Below are positions 39,725 through 50,272 of a stretch of 64,000 nt of DNA, piece by piece. The translations under genes were made by a program, and so were the position numbers. A model generated the notes under the pieces. The model saw nothing but the letters and a program-made list of their open reading frames with translations. It searched no databases and was not told the DNA's origin. Position 1 is the stretch's first letter; every line of letters starts with the position of its first letter. The DNA is from an uncultured Planctomycetaceae bacterium. Lineage in GTDB: Bacteria; Planctomycetota; Planctomycetia; Planctomycetales; Planctomycetaceae. The DNA is taken from NCBI GenBank assembly GCA_963976765.1, contig CAXBME010000029.1:1-64000 (forward strand), read 5' to 3'.

Positions 39725-41092
39725 ATGGATAAGAGACGAACTTCTCGCGAATCTTTTGCCGGCAGATTGCCGCCGCAGAATCTCGAAGCAGAGCAGGGCG
39801 TGTTGGGCAGCATCCTGCTCTCGCACGAGGCGCTCGATGATGTTGTCGAAGTCCTGCGTCCCGATCACTTCTACAGCGAAGCCAATCAGCGAATCTTCGA
39901 AGCGGTCATGCGACTTCATGAACGAGGCGTCAAGGGTGATGCCGTCACGCTGAGTGAAGAACTGACACGCAGCGGCGATATGGAAGTGGTCGGAGGTGAC
40001 CAGTACCTGATTCAGGTTCTGGAAGCCGTGCCGAACGCGGCGCATGCGCGATACTACGCGGACATTGTTCGCGATCGGTGGATTCAGCGGACGCTGGCGA
40101 CTTCGTGCAACGAGATTCTTGGTGAAGTCTACGAGGGCAGCAAAGACACCGAAGACGTATTGGCCAGTGCGGAGCAGCGAATCTTCTCGATTCTTGAGCA
40201 GCAGGAACATGTCGAGAAGATGAACCTGCACGACATTCTCATCGATGCATTCAGTCGGATTAACGAGCGAATCCAGAAGACCGGTGACGTGACAGGACTT
40301 ACGACCGGTTTCGTCGATCTCGATAAGCAGACAAATGGATTACAACCGACAGAGTTGATCATTCTGGCCGCTCGCCCGAGTATGGGGAAAACTGCGCTGG
40401 TCTGTAACATCGCGGAAGGTGCGGCGGAATCTGGTGCGTCGGTGCTGCTGTTCAGTCTTGAGCAGTCGAAACTCGAACTTGCTGAGCGTTTGCTCTGCAT
40501 TCGCGCGAGAGTCAATGGACACCGATTGCGAGCAGGTGACCTGGACGAGGTTGAACAGGACCAGTTAATGGTCGCGTCGCAGGAGCTCAGCGAGCTGAAA
40601 ATTTTCATCGACGATGTGCCAGGTCGAACGATGGCTCAGATTGGCGCGATCGCCCGCCGCATCAAACGTCGATGGGGGCTTGGAGTTATCATCATCGACT
40701 ATCTGCAGCTCATCGAGCCGGAAGACAAGTCGGCTCCGCGTGAGCAGCAGATTGCTTTGATCAGCCGGCGTCTGAAGTTTCTTTGTAAAGAGGTCGAAGC
40801 GCCGATCATTGCTCTGGCTCAGTTAAATCGAGGCGTTGAGCTTCGCGAAGACAAGCGACCGAGGCTGGCTGACCTGCGGGAAAGTGGATCGATCGAGCAG
40901 GACGCTGACGTCGTGATGTTTCTTCATCGTCCTGCCGCGTACGATCCGGAAGATCGACCGGGCGAAGCCGATCTGATTATTGCCAAGAATCGAAGTGGCC
41001 CGACCGGACAGGTCACGCTGGCGTGGATCAGTGAATCGATGAAGTTCGGCGACCTGACTCGCGTTCCGGATGAGATTGCTAATTCGTTTTAG
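39725..41092 (+). CDS. dnaB: Replicative DNA helicase
   Basis: PPQNLEAEQ, AARPSMGKT, IIDYLQL, LADLRESGSIEQDAD; no intein seen. Confidence 0.97.
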   Translation: MDKRRTSRESFAGRLPPQNLEAEQGVLGSILLSHEALDDVVEVLRPDHFYSEANQRIFEAVMRLHERGVKGDAVTLSEELTRSGDMEVVGGDQYLIQVLEAVPNAAHARYYADIVRDRWIQRTLATSCNEILGEVYEGSKDTEDVLASAEQRIFSILEQQEHVEKMNLHDILIDAFSRINERIQKTGDVTGLTTGFVDLDKQTNGLQPTELIILAARPSMGKTALVCNIAEGAAESGASVLLFSLEQSKLELAERLLCIRARVNGHRLRAGDLDEVEQDQLMVASQELSELKIFIDDVPGRTMAQIGAIARRIKRRWGLGVIIIDYLQLIEPEDKSAPREQQIALISRRLKFLCKEVEAPIIALAQLNRGVELREDKRPRLADLRESGSIEQDADVVMFLHRPAAYDPEDRPGEADLIIAKNRSGPTGQVTLAWISESMKFGDLTRVPDEIANSF

Positions 41093-41228
41093 ATCTTTCC
41101 TGGTCTGGTCTCAGTTTTTAACTGCGGAATCGTGGTTTCAGCAGGAGTGCCCAACGCACGAACCTGTCGTTTTTTGAAAGTCAGGTGGTGCGTCGAGATG
41201 CACCCTGCGGAGTTTGGGAAGACAGTCT

Positions 41229-42284
41229 GTGCAATCAATACTCTCACTGACGCATGAAGAGATTGAAGCGTGGTGCCTTGAGAATGGTGAAAAGAGGTTC
41301 CGCGCAGACCAGATTCGGCGGTGGTTGTTTGAGAATCGGGTGGAGTCGTTTGATGGAATGCTCGATCTATCGAAGGCGTTGCGGGAAAAGCTGAAGAGTT
41401 CGTTCACGCTGTTTTCGGCGGAGGTTGTTGCTCATCAGGTTGCCAGTGACCTGACTGAAAAACTGCTGCTGAAGATGTCCGGTGGCGACACGGTCGAGTG
41501 CGTTCTGATGAGAGAACCTGATCGGCGGACAATCTGTATCAGTACGCAGGTTGGTTGTGCAATGGGGTGTGTTTTCTGTGCAAGCGGGATGCTCGGTCTG
41601 AAACGGAACCTTCAACGTGAAGAGATCCTTGAGCAGATTCTGCGACTCGATCGGTTGCTCGATTCTGATGAGCGACTGACCAATATCGTCGTGATGGGCA
41701 TCGGAGAGCCGTTGCAGAATCTGCCGGTGTTGCTGCCGGTGCTTGACGAGGTTACGGATCCAAAGGGGCTTGGTTTGAGTCCTCGTCGAATCACGATTTC
41801 GACTGTGGGCCTGCCGGCGAAGATTCGTGAGCTGGCGGCAGTTGGCAAACCGTATAATCTGGCCGTTTCGTTGCACGCTCCGACTGACGAACTGCGGGAC
41901 GAACTCGTGCCGGTTAACGATAAGATCGGAGTCGACGCAATTCTCGAAGCGACCGACGAATACTTTGAGACCAGCGGGCGTCGCGTGACCTTTGAATACG
42001 TACTGCTTGGCGGTCTGAACGATCAGCCCGAGCATGCACATCAGTTGGCGACGTTGCTGAAGTCGCGGAACGCTCACGTGAATCTGATTCCGATGAACCG
42101 GGTAGAGACGCTGGACTTCGACGAGCCGTCAGCATCTCGGACGTCGGAGTTTGTCGCGATTCTTGAATCCAGGGGCGTGGCTGCGACGGTTCGCAAACGG
42201 AAAGGGGCAGACATCGACGCGGCTTGCGGTCAGCTCCGATTAAAGGAAGCGGCAATCGACGGTCCGACATTGGACGTTGTCTGA
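41229..42284 (+). CDS. rlmN: 23S rRNA m2A2503 methyltransferase
   Basis: CISTQVGCAMGCVFCA radical-SAM motif, MGIGEP, SLHAP, DIDAACGQL. Confidence 0.95.
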   Translation: MQSILSLTHEEIEAWCLENGEKRFRADQIRRWLFENRVESFDGMLDLSKALREKLKSSFTLFSAEVVAHQVASDLTEKLLLKMSGGDTVECVLMREPDRRTICISTQVGCAMGCVFCASGMLGLKRNLQREEILEQILRLDRLLDSDERLTNIVVMGIGEPLQNLPVLLPVLDEVTDPKGLGLSPRRITISTVGLPAKIRELAAVGKPYNLAVSLHAPTDELRDELVPVNDKIGVDAILEATDEYFETSGRRVTFEYVLLGGLNDQPEHAHQLATLLKSRNAHVNLIPMNRVETLDFDEPSASRTSEFVAILESRGVAATVRKRKGADIDAACGQLRLKEAAIDGPTLDVV

Positions 42285-42421
42285 CCTGCACTCAATGTTT
42301 GACGGCGATTCCTTATGACGTGATTCTTTCACGATGACTTGATTGAGCATCCAGTCTTCGCCGTGAGCTGATGACGCGGCATTTTGTGTCTTCGGTCCCC
42401 AACCATTCTGGTCGCGGCACT

Positions 42422-43705
42422 CTACACAAGTCGTTCCAGAGCGAAGCTGATGGCGTCGACGAGCCGGTCGATTTCTTCGCGAGTGTTGTACATCGCGAAG
42501 CTGGCACGGACGGACGCAGTGACACCGAGTTTGTCATGCAGCGGCATCGTGCAATGGTGGCCGTGACGGACAAAGACGCCTTTGATATCCAGCAGGTTGG
42601 CCAGGTCTTCGGCGGAAACTTCATCAATCGTGAAGCTGACGATTGGGCCTTTGAATTCGCAGGGCGGACCGTAAATCTTCAGGCCGGGGATCGATTCCAG
42701 TTTTTCGTGAGCGTAGCGGAGCAGGGCGGCTTCGTATTGATGAACATTTTCAAAGCCAAGTTCTTCGACATAATCGATGGCGGATCTCAGGGCGATGGCC
42801 TGAACGATCGGGATTGTTCCGGCTTCGAATCTGGCCGGCGGATCGGCCCATTCGGAGTGATCTTTGAAGACTCGGTCAATCATGTGGCCGCCGCCGAGGA
42901 ACGGGTTCATTTCCCGCAGGAGTTCTTCGCGGCCGTAGAGGACTCCGATTCCGGTCGGTCCGAAAAGTTTGTGACCGGACAGCGCCAGGAAGTCGATCTC
43001 GCCGTCATCGGCGGCTCGGACATCGATTGGTCCATGCGGCATCGACTGTGCGGCGTCGACGAGAATTTTTGCTCCAACGGAGTGAGCTTTTCGGGCAATC
43101 TCGTGAACCGGGTTGATCGTGCCCAGAACGTTCGACATCGACGTTACGGCGACGAGTTTTGTTTTCGATGTGAGGTAGTCATCGAGTTGCGACAGGTCGA
43201 GGCGCAGGTCTTCGGTCAGCGGCAGCCAGCGAAGTGTTGCTCCGCGTTCCTGACAGATCATCTGCCAGGGAACGATGTTGGCATGATGCTCCATTTCCGT
43301 GATGAGAACTTCGTCGCCCGGTTCAAGAAACTTTGCTCCCCACGCGCGAGCGACCATGTTGATCGACATCGTCGTGCCTGACGTGAACACGATTTCGCTG
43401 CTTGATTCGGCGTTAAGAAGTTGTTGAACCCGTTCGCGCGAAGCTTCCAGTTCTTCGTCGATCCGAGCCCCGAAATAGTAGACACCCCGGTAAGCGTTGG
43501 CGAAGTACTGTTCCTCAACTTCGCGTTCCTTCTCGATGACACATGACGGCTTCTGAGCGCTCGCGGCGCTGTCGAGAAAAGCGGGCAGCATTCCCTTGCG
43601 ATGTCGGCCCTGTTCGAGTGGTCGGTTCAGTATTGGAAAATCTCGACGAACAGCCTCAACGTCAAATGACGTTTCGAACTGCGTTGCGAAAGAAGTGTTG
43701 TTCAT
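42422..43705 (-). CDS. sufS: Cysteine desulfurase (SufS family)
   Basis: LDSAASAQKP, EHHANIVPW, SGHKLFGPTG, RHGHHC. Confidence 0.95.
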   Translation of the reverse strand: MNNTSFATQFETSFDVEAVRRDFPILNRPLEQGRHRKGMLPAFLDSAASAQKPSCVIEKEREVEEQYFANAYRGVYYFGARIDEELEASRERVQQLLNAESSSEIVFTSGTTMSINMVARAWGAKFLEPGDEVLITEMEHHANIVPWQMICQERGATLRWLPLTEDLRLDLSQLDDYLTSKTKLVAVTSMSNVLGTINPVHEIARKAHSVGAKILVDAAQSMPHGPIDVRAADDGEIDFLALSGHKLFGPTGIGVLYGREELLREMNPFLGGGHMIDRVFKDHSEWADPPARFEAGTIPIVQAIALRSAIDYVEELGFENVHQYEAALLRYAHEKLESIPGLKIYGPPCEFKGPIVSFTIDEVSAEDLANLLDIKGVFVRHGHHCTMPLHDKLGVTASVRASFAMYNTREEIDRLVDAISFALERLV

Positions 43706-43743
43706 TCTGGTGGGCAATTGCTAAGCCGGAGAGGCTGCCGGTT

Positions 43744-44181
43744 TCAGCTCGCGGCGAGGGCTTCTTTGGCGATTGTCTGAACTCGATTAACCATACCACC
43801 GAGACCGTTCTTTCGAGCAGTGCTGAGGTGTCGGTCGAGTCCGAGTCGCCGGAAGATTGCCTTGATATCCGTGTCGTGGATTTCCTGAGCGGTCCGGCCG
43901 GAATAGACCATCATGATGACGGTCAGCAGGCCGCGGACAATCATGGCATCGCTGTCGGCAATCAGCTCGATCGTTCTGGATTCGTCTTCCGAAACCGAAG
44001 CGACCATCCAGACGTTGCTCTGGCAGCCGTGGACCTTGGTTTGCTCGGTTTTCAGCTCCGATGGCATGTCCGGTAGCTCACGCCCCATATCGATCAACAC
44101 TTCGCACTGATCGGCCCAGTCGCCGAGATCGTCGAATTCTTCGATGAGTTCTTCGATGGTCATGGAAGCGGCGGTGCTCAT
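43744..44181 (-). CDS. sufE: SufE Fe-S sulfur acceptor
   Basis: VHGCQSNVW, DSDAMIVRGL, LS..RKNGL. Confidence 0.93.
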   Translation of the reverse strand: MSTAASMTIEELIEEFDDLGDWADQCEVLIDMGRELPDMPSELKTEQTKVHGCQSNVWMVASVSEDESRTIELIADSDAMIVRGLLTVIMMVYSGRTAQEIHDTDIKAIFRRLGLDRHLSTARKNGLGGMVNRVQTIAKEALAAS

Positions 44182-44486
44182 CGTTTTACCCGTGAAAATT
44201 GTATTGAATCTATTTTCGACACAAACTGTTGCGAAAATTGTCGAAACCTCGGGCATTCTAGGCAGTCGCGGCCTGTTCGCAACGGTGATCGCCTGATTTT
44301 ACGGCGTCAGGCTTTGTTGATTCTCCAGATTGGTGGCTGTCGTTCGGGGTGGTCGAGGCGGCTCGAATCGCGATAGTTGTGAGCGGTTTCTGGCTGGACT
44401 ATCGTTCGACGACCCCTGACAGACTCTCGCTGAGACGCTTCGATGCGGCTCGGTGTTCGGCAAAATCAAACAGCATGGAGCGAAGC

Positions 44487-45539
44487 GTGACTGAAAAAGT
44501 TGTGATCATTGGTTCCGGTCCGGCCGGTTGGACTTCCGCAATTTACGCTGCGCGAGCAGAACTGAAACCGCTCGTCATCGAAGGAGCAATTACCGAAGAC
44601 AACCGTCAGAAGGGGACTCTGCCGCTGGGACAGCTGGCTTTGACGACGGAAGTTGAGAACTTTCCGGGATTTCCAGCGGGTGACATGGAAGCGTATCTCG
44701 ACAGCTCGATCGAGAAGTCCAAGCGACAATACATGGCTCCACACGGCAAAGAAGGCGTTTCAGGCCCCGAACTGATGGAGCTGATGCGGCAGCAGGCGCT
44801 GAATTTTGGTACTCGGATTATGACGGACGACGTTGTAGATGTTGATTTGTCAGTTCGACCGTTCAAGCTGAAGACGCTGGCCGGGGAAGAAATTGAGGCT
44901 CACTCGCTGATTATTGCGACGGGGGCTCGAGCGAATTACCTCGGTTTGGAATCGGAAGACAAATTCAAGAACAATGGGGTTTCCGCCTGTGCGGTTTGCG
45001 ATGGAGCATTGCCGAGGTTTCGTAACAAGCCGCTGGTCGTCGTTGGCGGCGGTGACTCAGCGATGGAAGAGGCGACGTATCTCGCAAAGTTTGGATCGAC
45101 GGTTTACATCGTGCATCGTCGTGACGAATTCCGTGCGAGCAGGATCATGGCGGAACGAGCGATCGCCAACGAAAAGATCGAAGTGAAATGGAATTCCGCC
45201 ATCGACGAAGTCCTCGGCAGTGATTCAGAAGGCGTGACTGGCGTGCGAATTCGCAGCACAACGGACGAGGGACAGACTGAAGAACTCGAATGTGCGGGCT
45301 ACTTCGCAGCCATCGGTCACACGCCGAACACCGACTTTCTGAACGGGCAGCTCGAAACCAACGAAAAAGGCTACGTCAAATGGACGGTGGGCGGCCGAAC
45401 GAACACCAGCGTTGACGGAGTATTCGCGGCCGGCGACGTCGCTGACGACAACTACCGTCAGGCGATTACAGCAGCAGGAACCGGGTGTATGGCTGCTCTC
45501 GATGCGGAACGCTGGCTCGCGGCCAACGGTATCGAGTAG
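44487..45539 (+). CDS. trxB: Thioredoxin-disulfide reductase
   Basis: [43 protein letters not shown] 44487 follows a GGAG. Confidence 0.96.
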   Translation: MTEKVVIIGSGPAGWTSAIYAARAELKPLVIEGAITEDNRQKGTLPLGQLALTTEVENFPGFPAGDMEAYLDSSIEKSKRQYMAPHGKEGVSGPELMELMRQQALNFGTRIMTDDVVDVDLSVRPFKLKTLAGEEIEAHSLIIATGARANYLGLESEDKFKNNGVSACAVCDGALPRFRNKPLVVVGGGDSAMEEATYLAKFGSTVYIVHRRDEFRASRIMAERAIANEKIEVKWNSAIDEVLGSDSEGVTGVRIRSTTDEGQTEELECAGYFAAIGHTPNTDFLNGQLETNEKGYVKWTVGGRTNTSVDGVFAAGDVADDNYRQAITAAGTGCMAALDAERWLAANGIE

Positions 45540-45568
45540 CTGGTTGGGGGGTAACAGTCTGATTGCTC

Positions 45569-45685
45569 GGGCGGCGCTGGTTTGCGTGCAACCAGTGTCG
45601 CGAAGCGGCAAGAGGAGAAACACACTGGATGGCAATTACCTCTTGCGGCTGCGCCGCACAGGTTGCAAGCAATCTGTGCCACCCC
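45569..45685. repeat. Inverted pair of GGGTGG-type REP-like palindromes (REPIN-like)
   Basis: Forward copy 45569-45614 and reverse copy 45641-45685; a further copy at 55689-55728. Confidence 0.65.
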
Positions 45686-45727
45686 TTGGTGAGAAACTTG
45701 TTCTGAATTAGGCAGTGGTGGCTTTTT

Positions 45728-46873
45728 ATGTTGACCGAACAGGGATGCCTGGAACGGCGGAAGCGGCTTTGGGATGCGCTGCCGGAAGACTGCGAATGGG
45801 TGTTGATCGCAGACCCTCGGCATGTGCTTTACTTTGCGAACTTTCTCGTCAATCCGATCAGTTTTTCGACGAGCGAACGCGGGCTTCTTCTGCTCGAACG
45901 GTCTGGCAGGGCAACGTTGATTGCCGAAAACTTCACACGCCGCACAGCGACCAGCGAACCGTTCGTCGATGAAGAAATCGGCAACGCCGCTGATGACAAG
46001 TGGTACGACCATAAACACTCAGTGAAGAACCGCGATCATGCGTTGTTCGACCGGCTGCTGAGAGTTGCGGATCGGATGAAGGGACGCGGGCTGGTCGAGG
46101 CGGAATGGTTGCCAGCGATGGCTGCTGATCGGCTCGGGCTTGGCTCTGATGCCTTGTCGGGTGAGATTGGCAGCATCGTTCGAAAGCTTCGACGACAGAA
46201 GCACGACGATGAAATCGCACTTCTCGAAAGGTGCATGCGAGCTTGCGAAGCCGGACATTCGCGGGCGCTGGAAGTGGCGGCGCCGGGCGTTTCGGAACTC
46301 GACGTTTATCGCGAGATTCAATCAGCGGCAGTTGCTGAAGCAGGGTGTCCCGCGATTGTTTACGGTGATTTTCGCCCGACGAATGCCCGGATTCACAAGC
46401 GAGGTGGACTGCCGACGAACGAGAAGCTCAGAGCTGGCGACATGCTCATTATTGACTACTCTGTCGTTTTGAGTGGTTATCGCAGCGATTTCACAAACAC
46501 GATTGCCATCGGTGAGATGACTGTCGAGCAGGAAAAGATTTTCAGCGTTTGCGAAGGAGCAATGGCGGCAGGCGAAGCTGTTTTCAAGGCTGGAGCTGCA
46601 GCGAAAGATGTTTACAACGCCGCGTCGACGGTGATGGAAGAGGCCGGTTTCGCGCCGCTGGCTCATCATGCCGGGCACGGTTTGGGGCTGGGACATCCGG
46701 AACCGCCGATCCTCGTGCCGGAAAGTGACGACACGCTACTGGCTGGCGACGTCGTCACGCTGGAACCGGGCATGTATGTTGAAGGCGTCGGCGGAGTCCG
46801 CATCGAGCATAATTATCTGATTACGAATGATAGTTATCGGCGACTCAGTAATCACCGAATCGCTTTGCGGTAA
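45728..46873 (+). CDS. Xaa-Pro aminopeptidase (M24 family)
   Basis: Creatinase-N domain, DYS...YRSDFTNT, HHAGHGLGL, LEPGMY, GVRIE. Confidence 0.92.
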   Translation: MLTEQGCLERRKRLWDALPEDCEWVLIADPRHVLYFANFLVNPISFSTSERGLLLLERSGRATLIAENFTRRTATSEPFVDEEIGNAADDKWYDHKHSVKNRDHALFDRLLRVADRMKGRGLVEAEWLPAMAADRLGLGSDALSGEIGSIVRKLRRQKHDDEIALLERCMRACEAGHSRALEVAAPGVSELDVYREIQSAAVAEAGCPAIVYGDFRPTNARIHKRGGLPTNEKLRAGDMLIIDYSVVLSGYRSDFTNTIAIGEMTVEQEKIFSVCEGAMAAGEAVFKAGAAAKDVYNAASTVMEEAGFAPLAHHAGHGLGLGHPEPPILVPESDDTLLAGDVVTLEPGMYVEGVGGVRIEHNYLITNDSYRRLSNHRIALR

Positions 46874-46934
46874 GCTCGTGTTCGCGTCGTCCTGGCGAGA
46901 TGTCCTGCAGTGGTCGTTTTCGGCGGAGTTCACA

Positions 46935-48104
46935 ATGGTGGATTGGGACTGGCTGGACGCCGACTTGCAGCGGCTGCGCGAGGCAGGACTTTGGCGAGAC
47001 GTTCGGACGGTCAAATCTCTGGCGGATGGGTGGTGCGAAGTTGCCGAGCGGCGGGTGCGGAATCTTTCGTCGAACGATTACCTGAATCTCGCGCATGATT
47101 CGCGAGTGGTTGCCGCAGCGAGGGAGGCTCTCGACGATGCTGGCGTCGGAGCAGGGGCCAGTGCGCTGGTTAGTGGTCGGTCGTCGTGGCACGAACAGCT
47201 CGAAAAAACGATCTGCGACTTTGAGGGGACTGAAGCGGCGGTCCTCTTTCCGAGCGGCTACGCGGCGAACGTCGGCACGGTCTCGGCGCTGGTCAGCGAT
47301 CGCGACGTTGTGTTTTGTGATCGGCTCAACCATGCAAGTCTGGTCGACGGTTGCCGGATGTCGGGGGCGAGGTTGCGGGTTTACCGGCACGATCGGCTCG
47401 AAATTCTGGAGCGGGAGCTGCAAAAGTCGTCAGGCGAAGGGCGGCGGTGGATCGTAACTGACGCCGTGTTCAGCATGGACGGTGATGTGGCGCCCCTGGT
47501 CGAGTTGTGCGATCTGGCGGAGAGATTCGACGCGCGAATCATCGTCGACGAGGCTCACGGTACGGGCGTGTTTGGAACGAATGGTCGCGGTGTTTGTGAG
47601 CATTTTGGGGTCGAGGATCGAGTGCCTGTCCGAATCGGGACGCTCAGCAAAGCCATCGGGACGCTCGGCGGCTTTGTGGCGTGTTCAATGTCTGTTCGCG
47701 ACTGGTTGTGGCATTCGGCGCGGACTCAGGTTTTCTCAACGGCGTTGCCGCCGGCGGTCTGTGCGGCTGCGGCGAAATCCTTCGAGCTGATTCGGGACGA
47801 GCCTCAGCGGCGGAGGCATTTATGGACGCTCAGTGCTGAATTTCGACGACGAATGGCGGGCCGGCTCTCGTCCGAAGGTGAGGGACCGATTGTTCCCATC
47901 CGTGTCGGGCAGCCGGAAGACACGCAGGCAATGTCAGCAGCGCTGCTGGAAGCGGGCTTTTTGATTGGGGCGATTCGTCCCCCGACCGTGCCATACGGTT
48001 CGAGTCGGCTGCGAATCTGCATGACTTCAGCGTGCGACGAGAGTGAAGTCGAGAGATTGAGCAAGCTGCTCAATTCGATGCCCGCGTGCAGAACCGGCTC
48101 GTAA
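46935..48104 (+). CDS. bioF: 8-amino-7-oxononanoate synthase
   Basis: SSNDYLNLA, SGYAAN, DRLNHASLVDG, FSMDGD, DEAH, GTLSKA. Confidence 0.92.
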   Translation: MVDWDWLDADLQRLREAGLWRDVRTVKSLADGWCEVAERRVRNLSSNDYLNLAHDSRVVAAAREALDDAGVGAGASALVSGRSSWHEQLEKTICDFEGTEAAVLFPSGYAANVGTVSALVSDRDVVFCDRLNHASLVDGCRMSGARLRVYRHDRLEILERELQKSSGEGRRWIVTDAVFSMDGDVAPLVELCDLAERFDARIIVDEAHGTGVFGTNGRGVCEHFGVEDRVPVRIGTLSKAIGTLGGFVACSMSVRDWLWHSARTQVFSTALPPAVCAAAAKSFELIRDEPQRRRHLWTLSAEFRRRMAGRLSSEGEGPIVPIRVGQPEDTQAMSAALLEAGFLIGAIRPPTVPYGSSRLRICMTSACDESEVERLSKLLNSMPACRTGS

Positions 48105-48137
48105 ACGGTCAGAATATTCCAGAGGATGTTGTCTGGG

Positions 48138-48185
48138 TAAAAGAAAACAGGTCGTCTGCCTGATTTCGGCTGACGACCTGTTTTC
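48138..48185. terminator. Bidirectional terminator (bioF on +, ncRNA on -)
   Basis: GAAAACAGGTCGTC...GACGACCTGTTTTC stem; the minus strand ends TGTTTTCTTTT. Confidence 0.75.
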
Positions 48186-48215
48186 AAGAGTTCTGTGGTG
48201 TCGAGCGTTGCTCGA

Positions 48216-48394
48216 CGTCCACTTGAACCGGTTATCGCCCGGTCCGGCGCCAAGTCCCGTATCCCCCTGGGGCTTCCGACATGAAGTATCGGCAGCCGGT
48301 CCTTACCACCTGACTGTTTCCTCGCTGGATTTTCCCGCTTTATCAGATTGTTCCGGAATACTGATGCTCAGCCCCGGCGAACAGGGAGTGGACG
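48216..48394 (-). ncRNA. Putative 6S RNA-like structured ncRNA
   Basis: 179-nt intergenic element whose ends pair (CGTCCACT / AGTGGACG); 3' GGACCGG-loop-CCGGTTCAAG hairpin; followed by a minus-strand terminator. Confidence 0.55.
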
Positions 48395-48750
48395 ATAAGG
48401 TCTGTACCCAAAATGCCAATCTGGCGAAGATTGACGGCTGGGCAAGGTGTCACAGTACCGATTATTAATCTCAGAGATGCTTCACCAATACGTCGAAACC
48501 TCTCCCAACGGACTTGCTTTCTGCCAAAACGAGGTGCGCCTCTCCTCGAAGGTACAACGCAGGTCAGTCCAGACACCGGTCAATGGTCCTCGGGCCGACG
48601 GACCCGGCGGATGGGACCGGATGGTTTTGAAAGTGGAGCTAGGTAGTCAGCCCCGGTGTTTCAAATGTAGGAACACAAGCGCTTGCAGGTTTTCTGCTGA
48701 CTGCAACTCTACGATTCTCGGATTTCCTGCAGGAATCGAAGGAGCTTAAA

Positions 48751-50076
48751 ATGGCTAAATGGAACTGGCTGAAAGGCCTTCGCTGTGTTGCTGGCGTCGG
48801 AGCGACGCTAATGGCGAGCAGCATGGCAGTGGCTGGAGACGTAAATCCGATTGACAGCGTTGCCAATCCAGATCACGTCTTCACACAGACATCTTATAAT
48901 CTTGCTGGCGAAGTCTGCGGAGCTGCTGGCTGCGGCGATGGCTGTCGGACAGATGGTTGCTCAGGCTGCAATGACGGCTGCAATGACGGCTGCGACATGT
49001 TCGGTCTGCGTTGTGATCAGGAACAGATCAACATCTTCGATGGTGTTGAAGTCGGCGGACATGCTCAGTTCGGCTACACCAGCAAGCCAACGTTGTTTAA
49101 TGCCCCTGGCGAAGACGAGGACTTCCAACTCAATCAGGGTTGGATCTACCTTGAGAAAGCCGCCGTGAGTGAGAGTGGCGAGTGGGCGTTGGGTTACCGT
49201 GGCGACTTCATGTACGGTGTCGACGGCCCGAACACTCAGTCGTTTGGCAACTCGCGGCGTGCTAACGGAACCGGTAGCTTTGACATCGACACCGGTTTCA
49301 CCCGTGGTGCTGGTTACGGCTGGGCGATTCCTCAGTTGTATGTCGAAGCGACGAACGGTGACACTACGATCAAGGCCGGGCACTTTTACACCCTGCATGG
49401 CTACGAAGTCGTTCCGGCAACTGGCAACTTCTTTTTCTCGCATTCGTACGCGATGAATAACAGCGAGCCGTTTACGAAAACTGGTGTAATCGTTACTCAG
49501 AAAGTGAGTGACAGCACGGAAGTTTACGCTGGCTGGACGGCTGGCTGGGACACAGGGTTCACGCAGCAGGGTGGGGGCAGTAACTTCACTGGCGGTTTCA
49601 GCACCGCAGTGTCTGATGACATCAGCTTTACCTACATTACCAGCGCGGGCAACTTCGGTGCCATCGGTGATGGATACTCTCATAGTGTCGTTCTGGACTG
49701 GCAGATCGACGACCGATTGAATTACGTTCTCGTTCACGATCTGCTGCAGTCGAGTGGAGGCAACGCCGCGTCGATTCGCAATAACGATGCTTTGGCGATC
49801 AATCAGTATCTGATTTATCAGCTAACTGACTGTGTTGGTGTCGGTGGTCGTGCGGAGTGGTGGAAATCAAATGGAACGTCCGTTTATGCCATGACGGGTG
49901 GTCTGAATATTAAGCCGCATTCACAGATCACGGTTCGGCCAGAGGTCAGATATGACTGGAGTCCGGGCGGTCAGGTTGCAGCCGATGGTCGCAACGGGTT
50001 CAATACGCCGGGTGGCCAAGTGCTCAATGGTTCTGATGCAACCACCTTCTCGGTTGACGTGATCTTCACGTTCTAA
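48751..50076 (+). CDS. Outer-membrane beta-barrel porin (BBP2/DUF1597-like)
   Basis: Signal peptide, NQGWIYLEK, PQLYVE, GHFYTLHGYEVVPATGNFFFSHSY, RPEVRYDW, terminal Phe; RBS AAGGAG. Confidence 0.88.
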   Translation: MAKWNWLKGLRCVAGVGATLMASSMAVAGDVNPIDSVANPDHVFTQTSYNLAGEVCGAAGCGDGCRTDGCSGCNDGCNDGCDMFGLRCDQEQINIFDGVEVGGHAQFGYTSKPTLFNAPGEDEDFQLNQGWIYLEKAAVSESGEWALGYRGDFMYGVDGPNTQSFGNSRRANGTGSFDIDTGFTRGAGYGWAIPQLYVEATNGDTTIKAGHFYTLHGYEVVPATGNFFFSHSYAMNNSEPFTKTGVIVTQKVSDSTEVYAGWTAGWDTGFTQQGGGSNFTGGFSTAVSDDISFTYITSAGNFGAIGDGYSHSVVLDWQIDDRLNYVLVHDLLQSSGGNAASIRNNDALAINQYLIYQLTDCVGVGGRAEWWKSNGTSVYAMTGGLNIKPHSQITVRPEVRYDWSPGGQVAADGRNGFNTPGGQVLNGSDATTFSVDVIFTF

Positions 50077-50112
50077 TCAGGAAGATTGTGATTACGGCAA
50101 ACTGAGTAACAC

Positions 50113-50148
50113 AGCCGGCTGGTGCCTGCGGGGACCAGCCGGTTTTTT
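50113..50148 (+). terminator. Rho-independent terminator after the porin gene
   Basis: CCGGCTGGT...ACCAGCCGG stem followed by TTTTTT. Confidence 0.75.
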
Positions 50149-50272
50149 CGTTGCCTGGTCCGTGTGGAATGATGGGAGTTTGACCGGAACGCGAACCGGC
50201 GCTAGACTGACTGCGTCCGAGGTGGAAATCATGCCTCGCGACGAGTATTTCATCCATTTTCGGTTCTTGACG

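Noticed and set aside
39725..41092. Intein in dnaB
   Set aside because: Normal length and contiguous helicase motifs.
44600..44770. Short insertion in TrxB; similarly a coiled-coil insertion in ArgS (~63700-63930)
   Set aside because: Likely lineage-typical indels with catalytic motifs intact; nothing further can be supported from sequence alone.
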